This document shows positions 23,477 to 35,705 of a stretch of 49,539 bases of DNA, one piece after another. Position 1 is the first letter of the stretch, and each line of letters starts with the position of its first letter. The position numbers were made by a program, and so were the translations under genes. Origin of the DNA: Girardia tigrina (Eukaryota); assembly GCA_001938485.1 (NCBI GenBank), contig MQRK01195906.1, forward strand, positions 29,223 through 78,761, in the 5' to 3' direction. Under the pieces are notes generated by a model. That model searched no databases, had not been told where the DNA came from, and saw only the letters and a program-made list of their open reading frames with translations.

Positions 23477-23502
23477 CTTATATTTCATTAAGAAAATCTT
23501 AC

Positions 23503-23841
23503 CTTGTAGAATGAATAATTTAATTCTTGTATTCGACGTAGACAAGTGGACGGAGAAGAAGAAATGTCTGTTTGCATACTCCATTTCTCGTTGATTTCCT
23601 GAACAGTAGCACGACGATATTGAGGAATTAACCTCTTCAAACACCGGTTATAAGTAGCGGAAGTCAACTTTGGTCGTCCAGATTTCTTTGGCGATTTCTG
23701 ACGGTATTTAGCTTTTTTAATTTTATCGAACACCATCGATTTACTTATCTCTAAAATTTTTGAAATTTTCCTTACTGGTTTTCCTTTAACATGCAATGGC
23801 AAATATTTTCTCACGCATTTCCATATGCATCTTTTTTCCAC
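23503..23841 (-). pseudogene. Tc1 transposase exon 1 (paired-like DNA-binding region)
   Basis: LHVKGKPVRKISKILEISKSMV, KSGRPKLTS and STCLRRIQELNYSFYK, followed by a phase-0 GTAAGA donor at 23502. Confidence 0.8.
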
Positions 23842-24299
23842 GAACCATATTTTAAAAATAACGAAAATTTAATCGACTGAAATATTTAAACAATAATAAC
23901 TGAATGTTTTTTTACTAATAATCCATATTGAATTTAAAATAATTCATTGCCTACACTTATATTATAATTGGTATTAAGTGTCCGAATTCTTTTGAATTTG
24001 AGAACAAATTTTTAAATGCGAATAAAATTTTTATTAGTTAACTTTTTTATTTGATTTCTTCAAATTATTTTAGAATTGTATTTAGATTATCGTAAAATAT
24101 CAAATTAATTCATCTATAATACAAATAAGTACATATTATTTATAATTTAAAATTTTTAATAAGAATTATTTTACGTGTCCGAATACATATGGATTTGGGT
24201 AGTACTTGATTGCGTTCTTCGTGATGTAGTATGTGTTGGGTGTGATATTATTAGTGCTGGATTTTATATTATTATTTTAATTTTATTAATTCAAATTTA

Positions 24300-24560
24300 T
24301 GTGTTTCATGTTATGCTTTAGCATCTTAGTTTATTTTGACCCAACATATCATTTAGATATGTCTCTCCGCTAAGTGTCTCTAACTCACACTTATTAAAGA
24401 TCCATATTGTACCCCATCAACCTCATCTGGCCCTTTTATCTCGCCAGTGAAGTCGATGAAGTACCTATTGGGTTCTTCATTATATTTAAATTTCTTAAGT
24501 CTATGAAAGTTGGCTTATGCTACTTCTATTTAGTTAATGATTATCTTATTTCTTCCTCAA
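24300..24560 (-). repeat. Second copy of the gypsy protease-region sequence found at 13289-13497
   Basis: About 200 bp clearly alignable direct repeat (TTGACCCAACATAT...ATCTCGCCAGTGAA...GATGAAGTACCTATTGG...GCTACTTCTATTTA). Confidence 0.8.
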
Positions 24561-24608
24561 TATGTTTTTTTATTGTGAAACTTACTCGATTGTTTGGACT
24601 TTGTTGTC

Positions 24609-25053
24609 GATAGGAAACGGCAGGGACTCATAGTGCCAGCCGAAACTGTTGACACAAAGTCCAGCGATCTCGAAATTTATGTGAAAATTTCGGATAAACG
24701 AATTATTATAAATTCGTTTGAATTTGTTATTTGTAAAATAAAAAGAAAGTTTTTTGTCTAGTTGTTGATTACAAATTAATAAATTTTTCAATCTTCAGTT
24801 TTTGTGAGTTTTTTAATTTTAATTTTTTAGAGGTTGATGGAGTATAGATATAAATTGGACATATGCTAAAATATAATGCTGGGAGACGATCAGTTGATAG
24901 TTACTGGCAGGTGCTCATAGTGCCTGCCGTGATTGTTAACGATCTGGCAGGGAATAAGAAAAAGGTCTTGAAAGAGAATTGAAGACAGATGATCAGTTGA
25001 TAGTTACCGGTGGGTGTTCATAGTGCCTGCTGAGTATATTGATGATCTGGTAG
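24609..25053. repeat. Three diverged copies of a ~60-bp GC-richer unit
   Basis: GATCAGTTGATAGTTAC..GG..GGTG.TCATAGTGCCTGC...GATCTGG at 24888 and 24991; partial copy (CTCATAGTGCCAGC) at 24609. Confidence 0.75.
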
Positions 25054-25881
25054 TCGAAAGAAATTGTTCTCTATAGAAAATCTTAAATGTCACCGATGAG
25101 TCTAATAATCAAACCTCCATCAACCTCAACCTTTTTTTTGTTGTCATCTTTAAACCTTTAATATGTTGGATACTTGATGAACATTTATTTTTTTAAGTTT
25201 ATTTATATTCTTTTAAAATATTTAAATATTATTCAGTAGAAATATAAGAAATCATCAAAATATAAAGCAACATGATGTCAACAGAGATTTGTTCCTCTAG
25301 ACAGAAGATGGATGAATATTTACATAAAAAAGTTTACGAGGAACGCGGAAGGTATTTGATTTTGTTCACTGGTAAATCATTGAGCCAGATGAACCTAATC
25401 GGGTACGATACGAACCATTTGCATGTATTAGAAGAGGAAAGGTAGATAATGTTCGTATTAAAATAATGTGTTGGGTTTATAATAAAAAATAAATAATGCA
25501 TGAAAAGATAATAAAAGCACAACATATGGAAGTTAGAATAATTTGACCCAAATGCTCACCGTGTATCATTTCTATAAAGCTTTGGGAATATTTTTATAGA
25601 TAATATGCATCATTACATCATCACCATGTGACACAAATGACATTTGTGTGGAGACATGGTTGAGACAGTCGTCGGAGTAAATGTGCGTTCAGTAATTTTG
25701 TAGATTTTTTACAAAAAAAGTGATTTTTGTTTGAAATTTTGATCTTACTCGATATCAATTGAACTGATTTTGAAACTGCATCACAAAATACCATAAGAAA
25801 TAAAGCGTTTTTATGTATAAACTCGTTTCACTCCTTTCGGAACTTTTACAGTCTTTTAGTCACTAAGTATCATGTATGATA

Positions 25882-27467
25882 CTGTGAAAAGTGGTTGTAA
25901 CCTCAATATTAGGATTCATTTTTTTAACACCAAAATTTATTACTATAACAAATATTCACACATTTAAACAAATTTTTCTGTTAATTTAATTTTCTTGCCA
26001 CGAATTAATCTATTAAATTTTTCGATTCAATTTCTAAAATCATGCAAATTTATTAAATAACTTTCCCATTAAAACTAAAAATTTATTTTCAAATTTATTT
26101 AAAATTGTTTCATAATTTCTATTAAAATATATAAATTGTTATGACTGTAAAATTATTTTTTATTTATAAAATAAATATTTAATATTTAATGGTTTTCTTA
26201 ACATTTTTAATTTTAAGATATTTAATAGACACATTCAAAAGATATTTTTTTATTTTTAAATAGATATTTAATTTTTTAAGATTTTCTTTTATTATATCAT
26301 TTTTAATTTTTGAAATATTTTTTTAAAAAAACACATTAAAAACATATTTTATTTTTAAGTACGTATTTGATTTTTTAATAGTTGTTTTATTATATCCTTT
26401 TTTAATTTTTTAAAATATTTAATACACATATTAACATTAAAATATTTTACCTTTAAATTAAAAAAAATAATAAATTATTCTGGCGAGATGGAAATTTAAA
26501 TTAACCCCTCATAGATACATCTTATACTTTTTATTGACGACTGGATACAAAAACTTGTGAAACTATGTTATCAAAAAACCCCTTACAAACTAAAAAAACA
26601 TATTTCTTATAGTAAATATTCATAAGGAAAATAATTCATGGTTCAAAGGATAGGAAGATTTATTACAATTCTAAACTCTCGTGTTCGGACTTATAATCTA
26701 GTTTATTGGAATTTGTTATTATTTATATTTTTTTAAAATTCCTAAATCACATTGTCCCGAGGACAATCTCGGATCAAATATCAGAAAAACTTTGAATATT
26801 TATAATTTGAAATATTTTATGAATGGCAATTGCTGAATTGATCGTTTTGCTTGATTATATATTATGAGGGGTTAATTTAAATTTTTATCTCGCCAGAATA
26901 ATTTATTATTTTTTAAAAGGTAAAATATTTTAATGTTAATATGCTTATTCAATATTTTAAAATTAAAAATGATATAATAAAATAAATATTAAAAAATCAA
27001 ATACGTATTTAAAAATAAAATGTTTTTAATGTGTTTTTTAAATATTTAGAAAAAAATTAAAAATTATATAATAAAAGAAAATCATAAAAAAATAAATGTC
27101 TATTTAAAAATAAAAAAATATCTTTTTAATGTATCTATTAAATATCTTAAAAATAAAAATGATAAGAAAACCATTAAATATTAAATATTTATTTATAAAT
27201 AAAAATATTTTTATTGTCAAAACAATTAATATATTTTAATAGAAGTATTAAGCAATTTAAATAAATTTTAGGTTTTAATGTGAAATGTATTTAATAAATT
27301 TGCAAGATTTTAAAAATTGAATCGAAAAGAATTTAATAGATTAATTTGTGGCGGGATAATTAAATTATCAGAAAAATTTGTTTTAAATATGTGAATTGTT
27401 GTTATATAAATAAAGTTTTGTGTTAAAAAATGAATTCGGATATTGATGTTGCAACCACCTCTCACAT
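25882..27467. mobile_element. Foldback-type element with ~600-630-bp inverted arms and a 350-bp spacer
   Basis: Arm 25882-26513 is the diverged reverse complement of 26863-27467. Anchors: TGTGA.A.GTGGTTG.AAC, TTAATCTATTAAATT, AATGGTTTTCTTA and CTGGCGAGAT..AAATTTAAATTAACCCCTCATA. Confidence 0.88.
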
Positions 27468-28790
27468 ATATAAAGATATTAAAAATAAAAATATGAAAAA
27501 GTAAATTAAAGAATTAAAGAAATGAAAATTAAAAGAAAAATAATTAGATAAAATGGTGTCGACTTGACATGGCTGAATGTCGAGTTGGTCATTTTGATTT
27601 AAATCCAGAAAAAGAGTTCTTTGTCTGGATTCAACAAATCAGAGCGAATCTCGAGAGAGAGAGAGAGATTATTTTGGAAATCATTATTTAAAATTGACTT
27701 TTTAATTTGGGAATTTATGTTTACGATTCGGTCTCAATTTTTGTGAATTGCAAGTGAACGATTTGTCGAACTTTTTCAATTATCATTTACGAATTTTAAT
27801 CCTTGAGTATCAAATTGACGATTTGATATCTTAAAGATATATCAAATATTTTAATTTGTTTTATTATATTTTGCTTGTCTTGAATTATTGTAGCGACCAA
27901 AAATCATATTAAAATTTATAAATAAAATCAAATATTCTTATTTATACACAAAACAGTTTAAGTTTATGATAAAAAATTTGCTTTAATTAATTTTTGAGAG
28001 GAAATAAATGTTACAAATTCGAAAAATTTAACTTTGTCTTAAATCAAAAAATGTCTTTTTTCAAAATCGATTCCATCGTTTGATAATATGGTAGAGTGTT
28101 TGGGCATGCTTCTTCCATCATCATTCACAATCAATCGTCATAATAATAACACTTATTGGGATTTGAAATCAACGATCGTGTTGCTCGTATTGAAAGACAT
28201 TGTCAATTATGATAACTCAATTGATCCTTTTCAAGTCTTTGCGCTTAAACTGCTCCGATAAGCCGACTGCAAGGGCCGCGTCTCTTTATTCAACAGACGC
28301 GTTAAATTATTCGATCACTCAATTCAATTCAATCGGCGCCCAAATCGATAATCATTTCAGTCATATCGAGTCATCGATCTCGATCGACAATTATATTTTT
28401 GTGGAATGATACTTCTTATTGATATACTGACAACAATAAAAAATAATGAACCAAGCAAAAACAAAACTTAATAATAATCCTGCAACAAATTTTAAATTTG
28501 GTCAGTACGAAATTCATGAGCTTCCCCATATTTCAGCTATCACTGTCCAGTCTTCGAGCAACCTGGAGATCGGATGGAACATCTCGGCTTCTCTCATATA
28601 GCAAAAGCATTTTCAAAAGCAACTCTGGATAATTTGAAAGATATTTGTAAAAGAGCTAACTGAAACGGATGTTTCATTGTGCTCTTTTAACGAATGATAT
28701 AAATAAATAAAAATATAAAAAAATAATTTTGTTAAAATAAACATTCTTAAAAGCATTCATAGGGCTTTAAAATAGTAATTTTATTAAGTA

Positions 28791-30073
28791 TTACGTGTAT
28801 AACTTAGTTTTTTGGATTTTATAAGAGATGGTGTAACCTTTGTAATAAGCATTATTTTACAGTCGTACGTACAGATTTTTAAAGTGCTGAAATCGAGGCA
28901 TAAAATTAAGTAGATCATTGACCTTAAATGCGTCATAAACATATTTTTAATCACGTTTTAGCATGACAACTTTCATACCAACAAACATCATTTGCGGGAA
29001 GCACTACTGTTTTGCTTTAATCAAAAGAAAAAAGCTGCAGACAGTTTTCGGCTTCTTGATGAAACTTATGGTCAACATGCACCAACTCAACAGACTTGCG
29101 AGAAGCGGTATAAACGTTTCAAAAGTGGAGATTTCGACGTAAGTGACAAAGAGCGTTCCGATCAACCAAAAAGATTCGAAGATGAAGATTTGGAATCATT
29201 ACTGAAGGAAGATTCTATTCAAACAGAGTAACAGCTTGCAAAACAGTTAAATGTTACTCAAGCAGCCATAAGTAAACGTCTACATGCTATGAAAATGATT
29301 CAAAAAGAAGGAAAGTGGATACCACATGAATTGAATCAAGCCAACATTGAAAGTCGATTACTGATATTCAATTCATTGCTCACAAGACAAAGAAGATGGT
29401 CGTTTTTGCCTAATATTGTGACTGGAGATGAAAAATGGATTTATTATGTTAACTCTAAACGCAAGAAATCGTGGGTCCATCCCGGCGAACCGTCCACGTC
29501 AACAGCAAAAAGAAACATTCATGGAAGCAAGGTTATGTTGTGCATTTCGTGGGATCAGAAAGGTGTACTGTACTATGAGCTGCTGAATTCGAATGAAACT
29601 GTTAATGCAGAACGTTACCAACAACAGTTAATGAAATTGAACGATGCATTGAAGAAAAAACGTCCTATTCCAGCCAACAAACAGCGCACAGTGATTTTGC
29701 TCCATGACAATGCTCGGTCCCATGTCGAAAAACAAGTAAAAAAACACGTTGGAAGCACTTAAATGGGACATTCTACCGCATGCTGCCTATTCACCAGATT
29801 GTGCCCCATCAGATTATCATCTGTTCCGATTAATGCAAAGCGCTCTTCGGGACCAGCACTTCAGAAACCAGGAACATATAAAAATGGCTGGAACAATGGA
29901 TCGCAACAAAAGACAAAAACTTTTTTTCGATGGAATTTATAATTTGCCTGAAAGATGGTCGAAAGTCATAATTAACGATGGAAAATATTTTGATTAGAAT
30001 AAAACTTATTATGTCATATAAATAAACTTGTCTGTTCTGCAAAACAATCCAAAAAACTAAGTTATACACCTAA
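28791..30073 (+). mobile_element. Full-length mariner (mauritiana/Mos1-like, DD34D), inactive
   Basis: 28-bp TIRs TTA(C/G)GTGTATAACTTAGTTTTTTGGATT, TA TSD, 1283 bp. Confidence 0.95.
28963..29997 (+). pseudogene. Mariner transposase pseudogene
   Basis: RFKSGDFDV, WIPHEL, IVTGDEKWIYY, LLHDNARSH, HAAYSPDCAPSDYHLF and DGKYFD. Interrupted by a stop at 29229-31 and frameshifts. Confidence 0.95.
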
Positions 30074-30798
30074 TATATTAAAACAACTTTGCCTAACATT
30101 TTTAAAAAAAGTTAATATATTTTCCAATTTTAAAAAACAATAAATAATGAATAATTGATCCATGACAACATGTGTCCTGAAATAATATTGTTTTTGTATA
30201 AAGTTTTTTTTAAATAATGATAAAATAATTTTGATTTTACTAAATATATAATTTATGTTTTAAAATAATATAATAATATATTTAATTCACGTAAATTTTT
30301 ATTACTTAAAAATAATTATATTTTTATTCAATCATTTATTTATTTCTTTATATATGTCTTCCAATAAATGTATCATTAATTAAAAAAACATTTCTTGGCA
30401 TTTAGCATTTTTATTGATATGCAGTTAGAAAATATGGGATAACTTTCGTACGGAGTCCATTAAAAACAGATAAAAACAAGAAAATCTTTCACATGATAAA
30501 TGAATAATATAATTATTTTTCGAATATTCTTAAGATTCATGACATAAATAAATTATAAATAAATTATTTTAATTACGTTTCAAACTAATTAAGAAAAATA
30601 AAGAAAAAAAAATAAATTATTGATTAATTAATATTGTCGATTAAACTTTCCAATAATATATATAAATATATTATTATATAAATTATTATTAATAATATGT
30701 GACAGCACTAAGTATATTTAATTGTTAATGAAAGACTAAAAATTGTATTAATTTTCCTAACAAGATTAAAGGAAAAACTTTTCTATTCAAATTAAGTA

Positions 30799-31710
30799 TG
30801 TGGTGACATGAAAAGGTCCGTAGACTGGTAGATTCATTAATAATGTAAGCGCCTAAATTTTTGTGCTAAAAAATAACATACATAGGAAAAGATTAGTGCA
30901 TTTATTTTAATGTTTGACTATTTTGTTAGACATATTTCGTGATTATTCAATTTAATATAATATCTGACGTTGAAAAACATTTTAATTAAGGTTTTGCTTC
31001 AAAGGAAAATTGAACCAGCTATAATAATGCAGTTTAAAGACTTCTTGGTCTACAACTTACAAGTGCATTAAAGAATTTAATTGCGACAGAATGAATGTTC
31101 CCAATGATGAAAAGAACGGGAGACCACGAGGAATTGGAGAGGAAAATTGAAAAAAAACTCATGAATATAATGCGAAATGAACGGAAAACAACAAAGTAAC
31201 AACTTTAAAATGCCTTAAATATGCTCCATTTTCTTATAGTAAAGAATTTTTACGTGGTGTACTTTATCAACTCGGATATCAGTGAGAAGCGACTTCAGCA
31301 CTGTAACAAGAACCATAACATCCTTGATTAAATTGGTGCTCGATTCCTGGATAATATCGTAACCGAGAACGAAGCACTGTTTTCTCTCTACATCTCAGAA
31401 GACAGAATATCGTTAAAAGAATGGAAACTATCAGAAGGTGATGGCAGCGATTATTTGGGATTTGCATGATGTTGTTCACACAGATTTCTTTGACAAACCC
31501 TACAGAATCAATTGCGAATACTATGCTCGTGTGGTATAAGAAGTATGTAAAAAAGGAGAAAGCCCTAAGGCCAGACGCTGATCTTACTTCATGACAATGT
31601 GCCCGTGGACAATCCCACTGTGCACTGGACTGATGTTCAGTGAAGTGACTTCGTGAAGCTTTCACATCCTTCCTACAGCCCGGATCTTACTCCAAGGGAT
31701 TCTTTTTAAA
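30799..31710 (+). mobile_element. Degenerate mariner remnant, same lineage as 3638-4625
   Basis: TTYKCIKEFNCDRMNVPNDEKNGRP, KVMAAIIWD, INCEYYARVV, LILLHDNVP and HPSYSPDLTPRD. Confidence 0.8.
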
Positions 31711-34107
31711 TTTGTTAACGCTGTGTGTTATAAATTTGCCTTATCTGACTTAGACAATGGAATTTTCCATTGAGAATGATGACGGCTACGTAAAAAATTA
31801 ACTTATTATACCTAAAAAAATACACGCATTATATATTTCATTCATCGCTTTTTACTAGAATAGTCTAAGGACGTGCTGAGGTCACCAATTAGGAAAAATG
31901 TTTGAAAATCCATTTATGCCTTGAATCATCATTATCAAAACAATCCATATTTCCTGATGGCACTTTTCAAGTAAAATGAAAAGCAAATAATTCTAAATTT
32001 TTCTTAATTTATTGATAAAAAATATAAGTTCATGATTTGAATACAGTGACGTGATAAATGTTTCTGAATGCTTATCTCAAGGTGAAATAAAAACCTAAGT
32101 AGTATTTTCAGTGATTGAAAGGTCACATAAGTGGAGCATCTTTTGTAGTACCTTTATTGATTCTCACTTTTCTTGCGATGCTATTGCAGTTCCGAAAATG
32201 CTTTATTTCAACTTTTCAATTATGCATTTTAAGTCCTTGGATCTACCACTAATTTCCTTTTGGAATACTTCTTTAAATATCGAAATAGATTCAGAAATAT
32301 ATGTGCTAATGAATGTTTCATCCTCAGCCAGCATATTCCACAAAAACGTATAACACAACTGCTTGTAGATTTTTAAGTTTTTTGTAGGTGATGTGACAAT
32401 TTAACATCATTTCCTCAGAGAGAAAACAATACCAGATTTTTGATCATGATTCCTACATACACAAATCTTTAGTCCAAAGTGAATACTTCGAACCAGATCT
32501 TGAAGGACGTGAATATTGTGTAAAAGAAGATTACATTTACAGAGATCTTTGAGGAAGATTTCAAGAACTCTTGGGTTTTTTAAAAAAAGTATACTAATGT
32601 TTTAATTCTTTATAATGAAATATATTTATTTAACACAATCGAAGGTATATGATCTCTAGCTCTAAAATTTTGTATAATTTAGTTTACTTTGAGAAGATTA
32701 ATAAAAATCATTTTATGGTAATATACCTTTTTACCAGGTGTTAATAAATGTCAACAATCTACACTTCAGATGTTCAATTTTAGGATCCTCACAAGTGTCT
32801 CTACAACTTATTTGAGAGCAATCGATTATTTTTCAGCTGCTAAGTTTTCCAAAGATTTTTGTGAAAGTATTTCGAATATTTTATTAAAAATTAATAAAAT
32901 CTTTCAACAACATAACGAAACACATTTGGAACAGATCAAATTGTCTAAAATTTTACATGCTAAACGAATTTAAAGATTTTCAAAAAAAGGAAGCTTGATA
33001 ATAATTATCATCACTATTATAATCAATTATTACATGTTTCGTTCTTAATAGAACTTCTTCATGTGTTTGGTCAATTAAAAGAACAAAAGTCTGAAACAAA
33101 GATTACTTATGATTAGTTTGTATTAAAATACATAAAGTTTCAAAATTATCATTCGCAATAACTATAAATTTTAAAAGATTAAATTCTATTGCTTTTTAAA
33201 ATAAAAAAATAAGAAAAATATGTACTCAGATAAAATATTTAGAGATCTGGTAAAACGAACAGGGGGTAAAGATTGTGACGAGACTAAAATAATCCAACAT
33301 GATGTGTGGAGGATGAGTGTCAAAAATTATGAAAGTGCCGTATCTTGATATTTTATAAAATTAAGATATCAGTTGATTAACTGATTTGGTGATAATTTTA
33401 AATTTAAAACTGATTTTTGAGTGCGAACACAGATTGTACACAGATTTTTATGCCATTAATGTCAAAGACGTACTGTTAGGATTTTGGTGATCTTGTAAAT
33501 TTTTGAATTTTACAAACGTAACACTTAAAACGTTTTAAAGATATTACATAAAAAAATTTTTAATTGTAACGATTTAAAAATACTTCCTTAAACTAGATTG
33601 TAAAAACTATTGCTGAAAAACATTTTTAAATATAACTACTTAAAAAATTTTAAATTTATCTACAAAAGTTTAACTCATAAAATTTAGGATTAACATAAAT
33701 TAAGTGAAGAAACTATATTGTATTTTAATTTGATATGAATATAAAAAAATGTAAGGATTAATAAATTAAAATCATTTTATCATTTCATTTCATTTGAATA
33801 TGCAACAACGAATAACAAATCTATAAAATTTATTTTTCAACAAAAAATACTTTTTAAATAGATATTATTTAAACAAATAATTATCCATATTTTTTCATGT
33901 TAAATATTTAATAAATAAATTAACATGTAACAGAATATTAAAATGTTTAGGATTAACGTAACTTAAAATCAGATTGTAATTTAATATTATTAAATGAAGC
34001 AACAAAAATCAAATATCACTATTTAATATTTAAATTTAGGATTAACGTTATGAAATTAAAATCAAATACAAAATTAAATTTAATATTTAATTATGAGAAA
34101 CAATTAA

Positions 34108-34178
34108 CCCTGTGAACGCGTAAATCGACTATAGTCGTCCGGATTTAATGTTAAATAATGTTTAACGCGTTCAAAGGG
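34108..34178. mobile_element. 71-bp piggyBac-type MITE
   Basis: TTAA-CCCTGTGAACGCGT...ACGCGTTCAAAGGG-TTAA, with an internal CGACTATAGTCG palindrome. Confidence 0.85.
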
Positions 34179-35477
34179 TTAAAGGAAATTTTAAGTTGAT
34201 GAAAAATTATAATATATTGAAAATGAGACGTAAAAATATTTTAACAAAAGGATGGGACAAGTAATAAAATTAATTTTAAATGTATACATTAATTTTTAAA
34301 AGTAAAATTTATCTCGATAGTTACATTTATTATTTTCATTTATAACGGGTTGGTGCAAAATAAGAAAAAAATACTCTTCAGAAATTTGTTTAAAAATAGT
34401 TATGTGTTATAGAAATAAAATTTTAGTGATATGAACTCTAATTTTGATCACGAAACTGACACGTGATAAATCCATATGTAATGGTCAGTTACATTTATTT
34501 TAAAAAAATAATAGAGAAACCAAGGGTAAATATTATGTTATTTTTGTAAATGGAGAGTTTAATAGGTACTTCTTTATTGTGATTTTGTTCAGTGAATGAA
34601 ATTTGTTGGGTTTTGTTTGTAATCATGATTTTGTGTATTTGTTAATATTATTATTTTTTATTATTTTATATTTTCTATTTTTATGGTCTTTAAAGAAAAA
34701 GGATATTTTATGTTGTCAAGATTTATTTTACTTTAGTTGTATAAAAAAGAAGTTGAAAGACAAAAAATGGAAAGAAAGAAAATAAAAACAGATTATTATT
34801 AAAAAACGAAACAGATTATAAAAATTTGAAATTCAAAAAAATCAATGAAATTATTATTATCCCTATGGGATATACACAAATTAGTTATAATTGAATGAGA
34901 ATATATTCCCATAAACAAATTAATTGATAACGCTTTATTGCCATTTATTAAAGTAAAAAGTGAACGAAATTTTATTGTGTTCCTTGGCAAAGTTATTTAA
35001 CGAACTATTTATGTCAAGGAAAACATTCTCGAATACGAAATTCCTACTTTAAAAAAATTAATTGATTTGATCAGTTGGAAGATCCTTATAAGTACTTATA
35101 TTTGGTTGTTATTTTTATTATTGTTAATTAAAACGTAAATAAATAAAGTGGTTGCATTATCAAAAATTCTTATATATTTGTTGTGGTGACAGTATTTACT
35201 CTTCGGGGTTTAATAATCGGAATAACAATTAAAAGAGGATTCTTTGATTAGTCTTTAATTTATTAGATTCATCAAAGAATCGTCTTTTTCTAAAAAAATA
35301 ATTTAATAATATTAATCAATATTAATAAGAATTAAGTCATCAACCAAATTTTGGAGTTCGTTTTTTTTAATCGTATTTCTTAAAAGTAAAACACTATTCA
35401 ATAATTATACTTCTCTTTAATTGGTATGCTAGTAACGAAGAGCATTACTAAGCAGTCCACTCTCCTTTACACCTTAT

Positions 35478-35705
35478 TTTCGCACTCATATTAGTGAGCA
35501 CATGCAATTAAATCAAAAGAGTAAAGTCTGTGAACATTTGATATTATGTCAGAATAGAATCAGTCAAATTAAAAAATAAGCTCTCGATTATGATTTTGAA
35601 TTTCGAAACATATTCTGAACAACAAGTTTACAAGTAAATTTTGATCAGGCACAATCACTCTTTAATGAATATTCAAAGTTTTCACAATATTAAATATTTT
35701 TAATT
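35478..35705 (+). pseudogene. Penelope-like GIY-YIG C-terminal remnant
   Basis: FRTHISEHMQLNQKSKVCEHLILCQNRIS and ILIRHNHSLMNIQ align by eye with the PLE ends at 9758-10000 and 45306-45560. Confidence 0.6.

Larger units (their letters stand above)
19513..24202 (-). mobile_element. Tc1-family (DD34E) transposon with long IR/DR-type TIRs, split by a 3.15-kb insertion
   Basis: Inverted repeat 19513-19620 vs 23976-24083. A second GTGTCCGAAT direct repeat at 24175 leads to a TA at 24203-4; the outer left TIR is lost. QQD to LENVW spacing is 34 residues. Confidence 0.85.

Noticed and set aside
25336-25700. TA-CGAGG mariner-like end
   Set aside because: No partner TIR and only faint transposase traces; too degraded to annotate.
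34603-34990. Hydrophobic short ORFs (also 6209-6463, 13495-13686, 44621-44899)
   Set aside because: F/I/L/K-rich composition expected from AT-rich non-coding DNA; no promoter, splice or processing signals.
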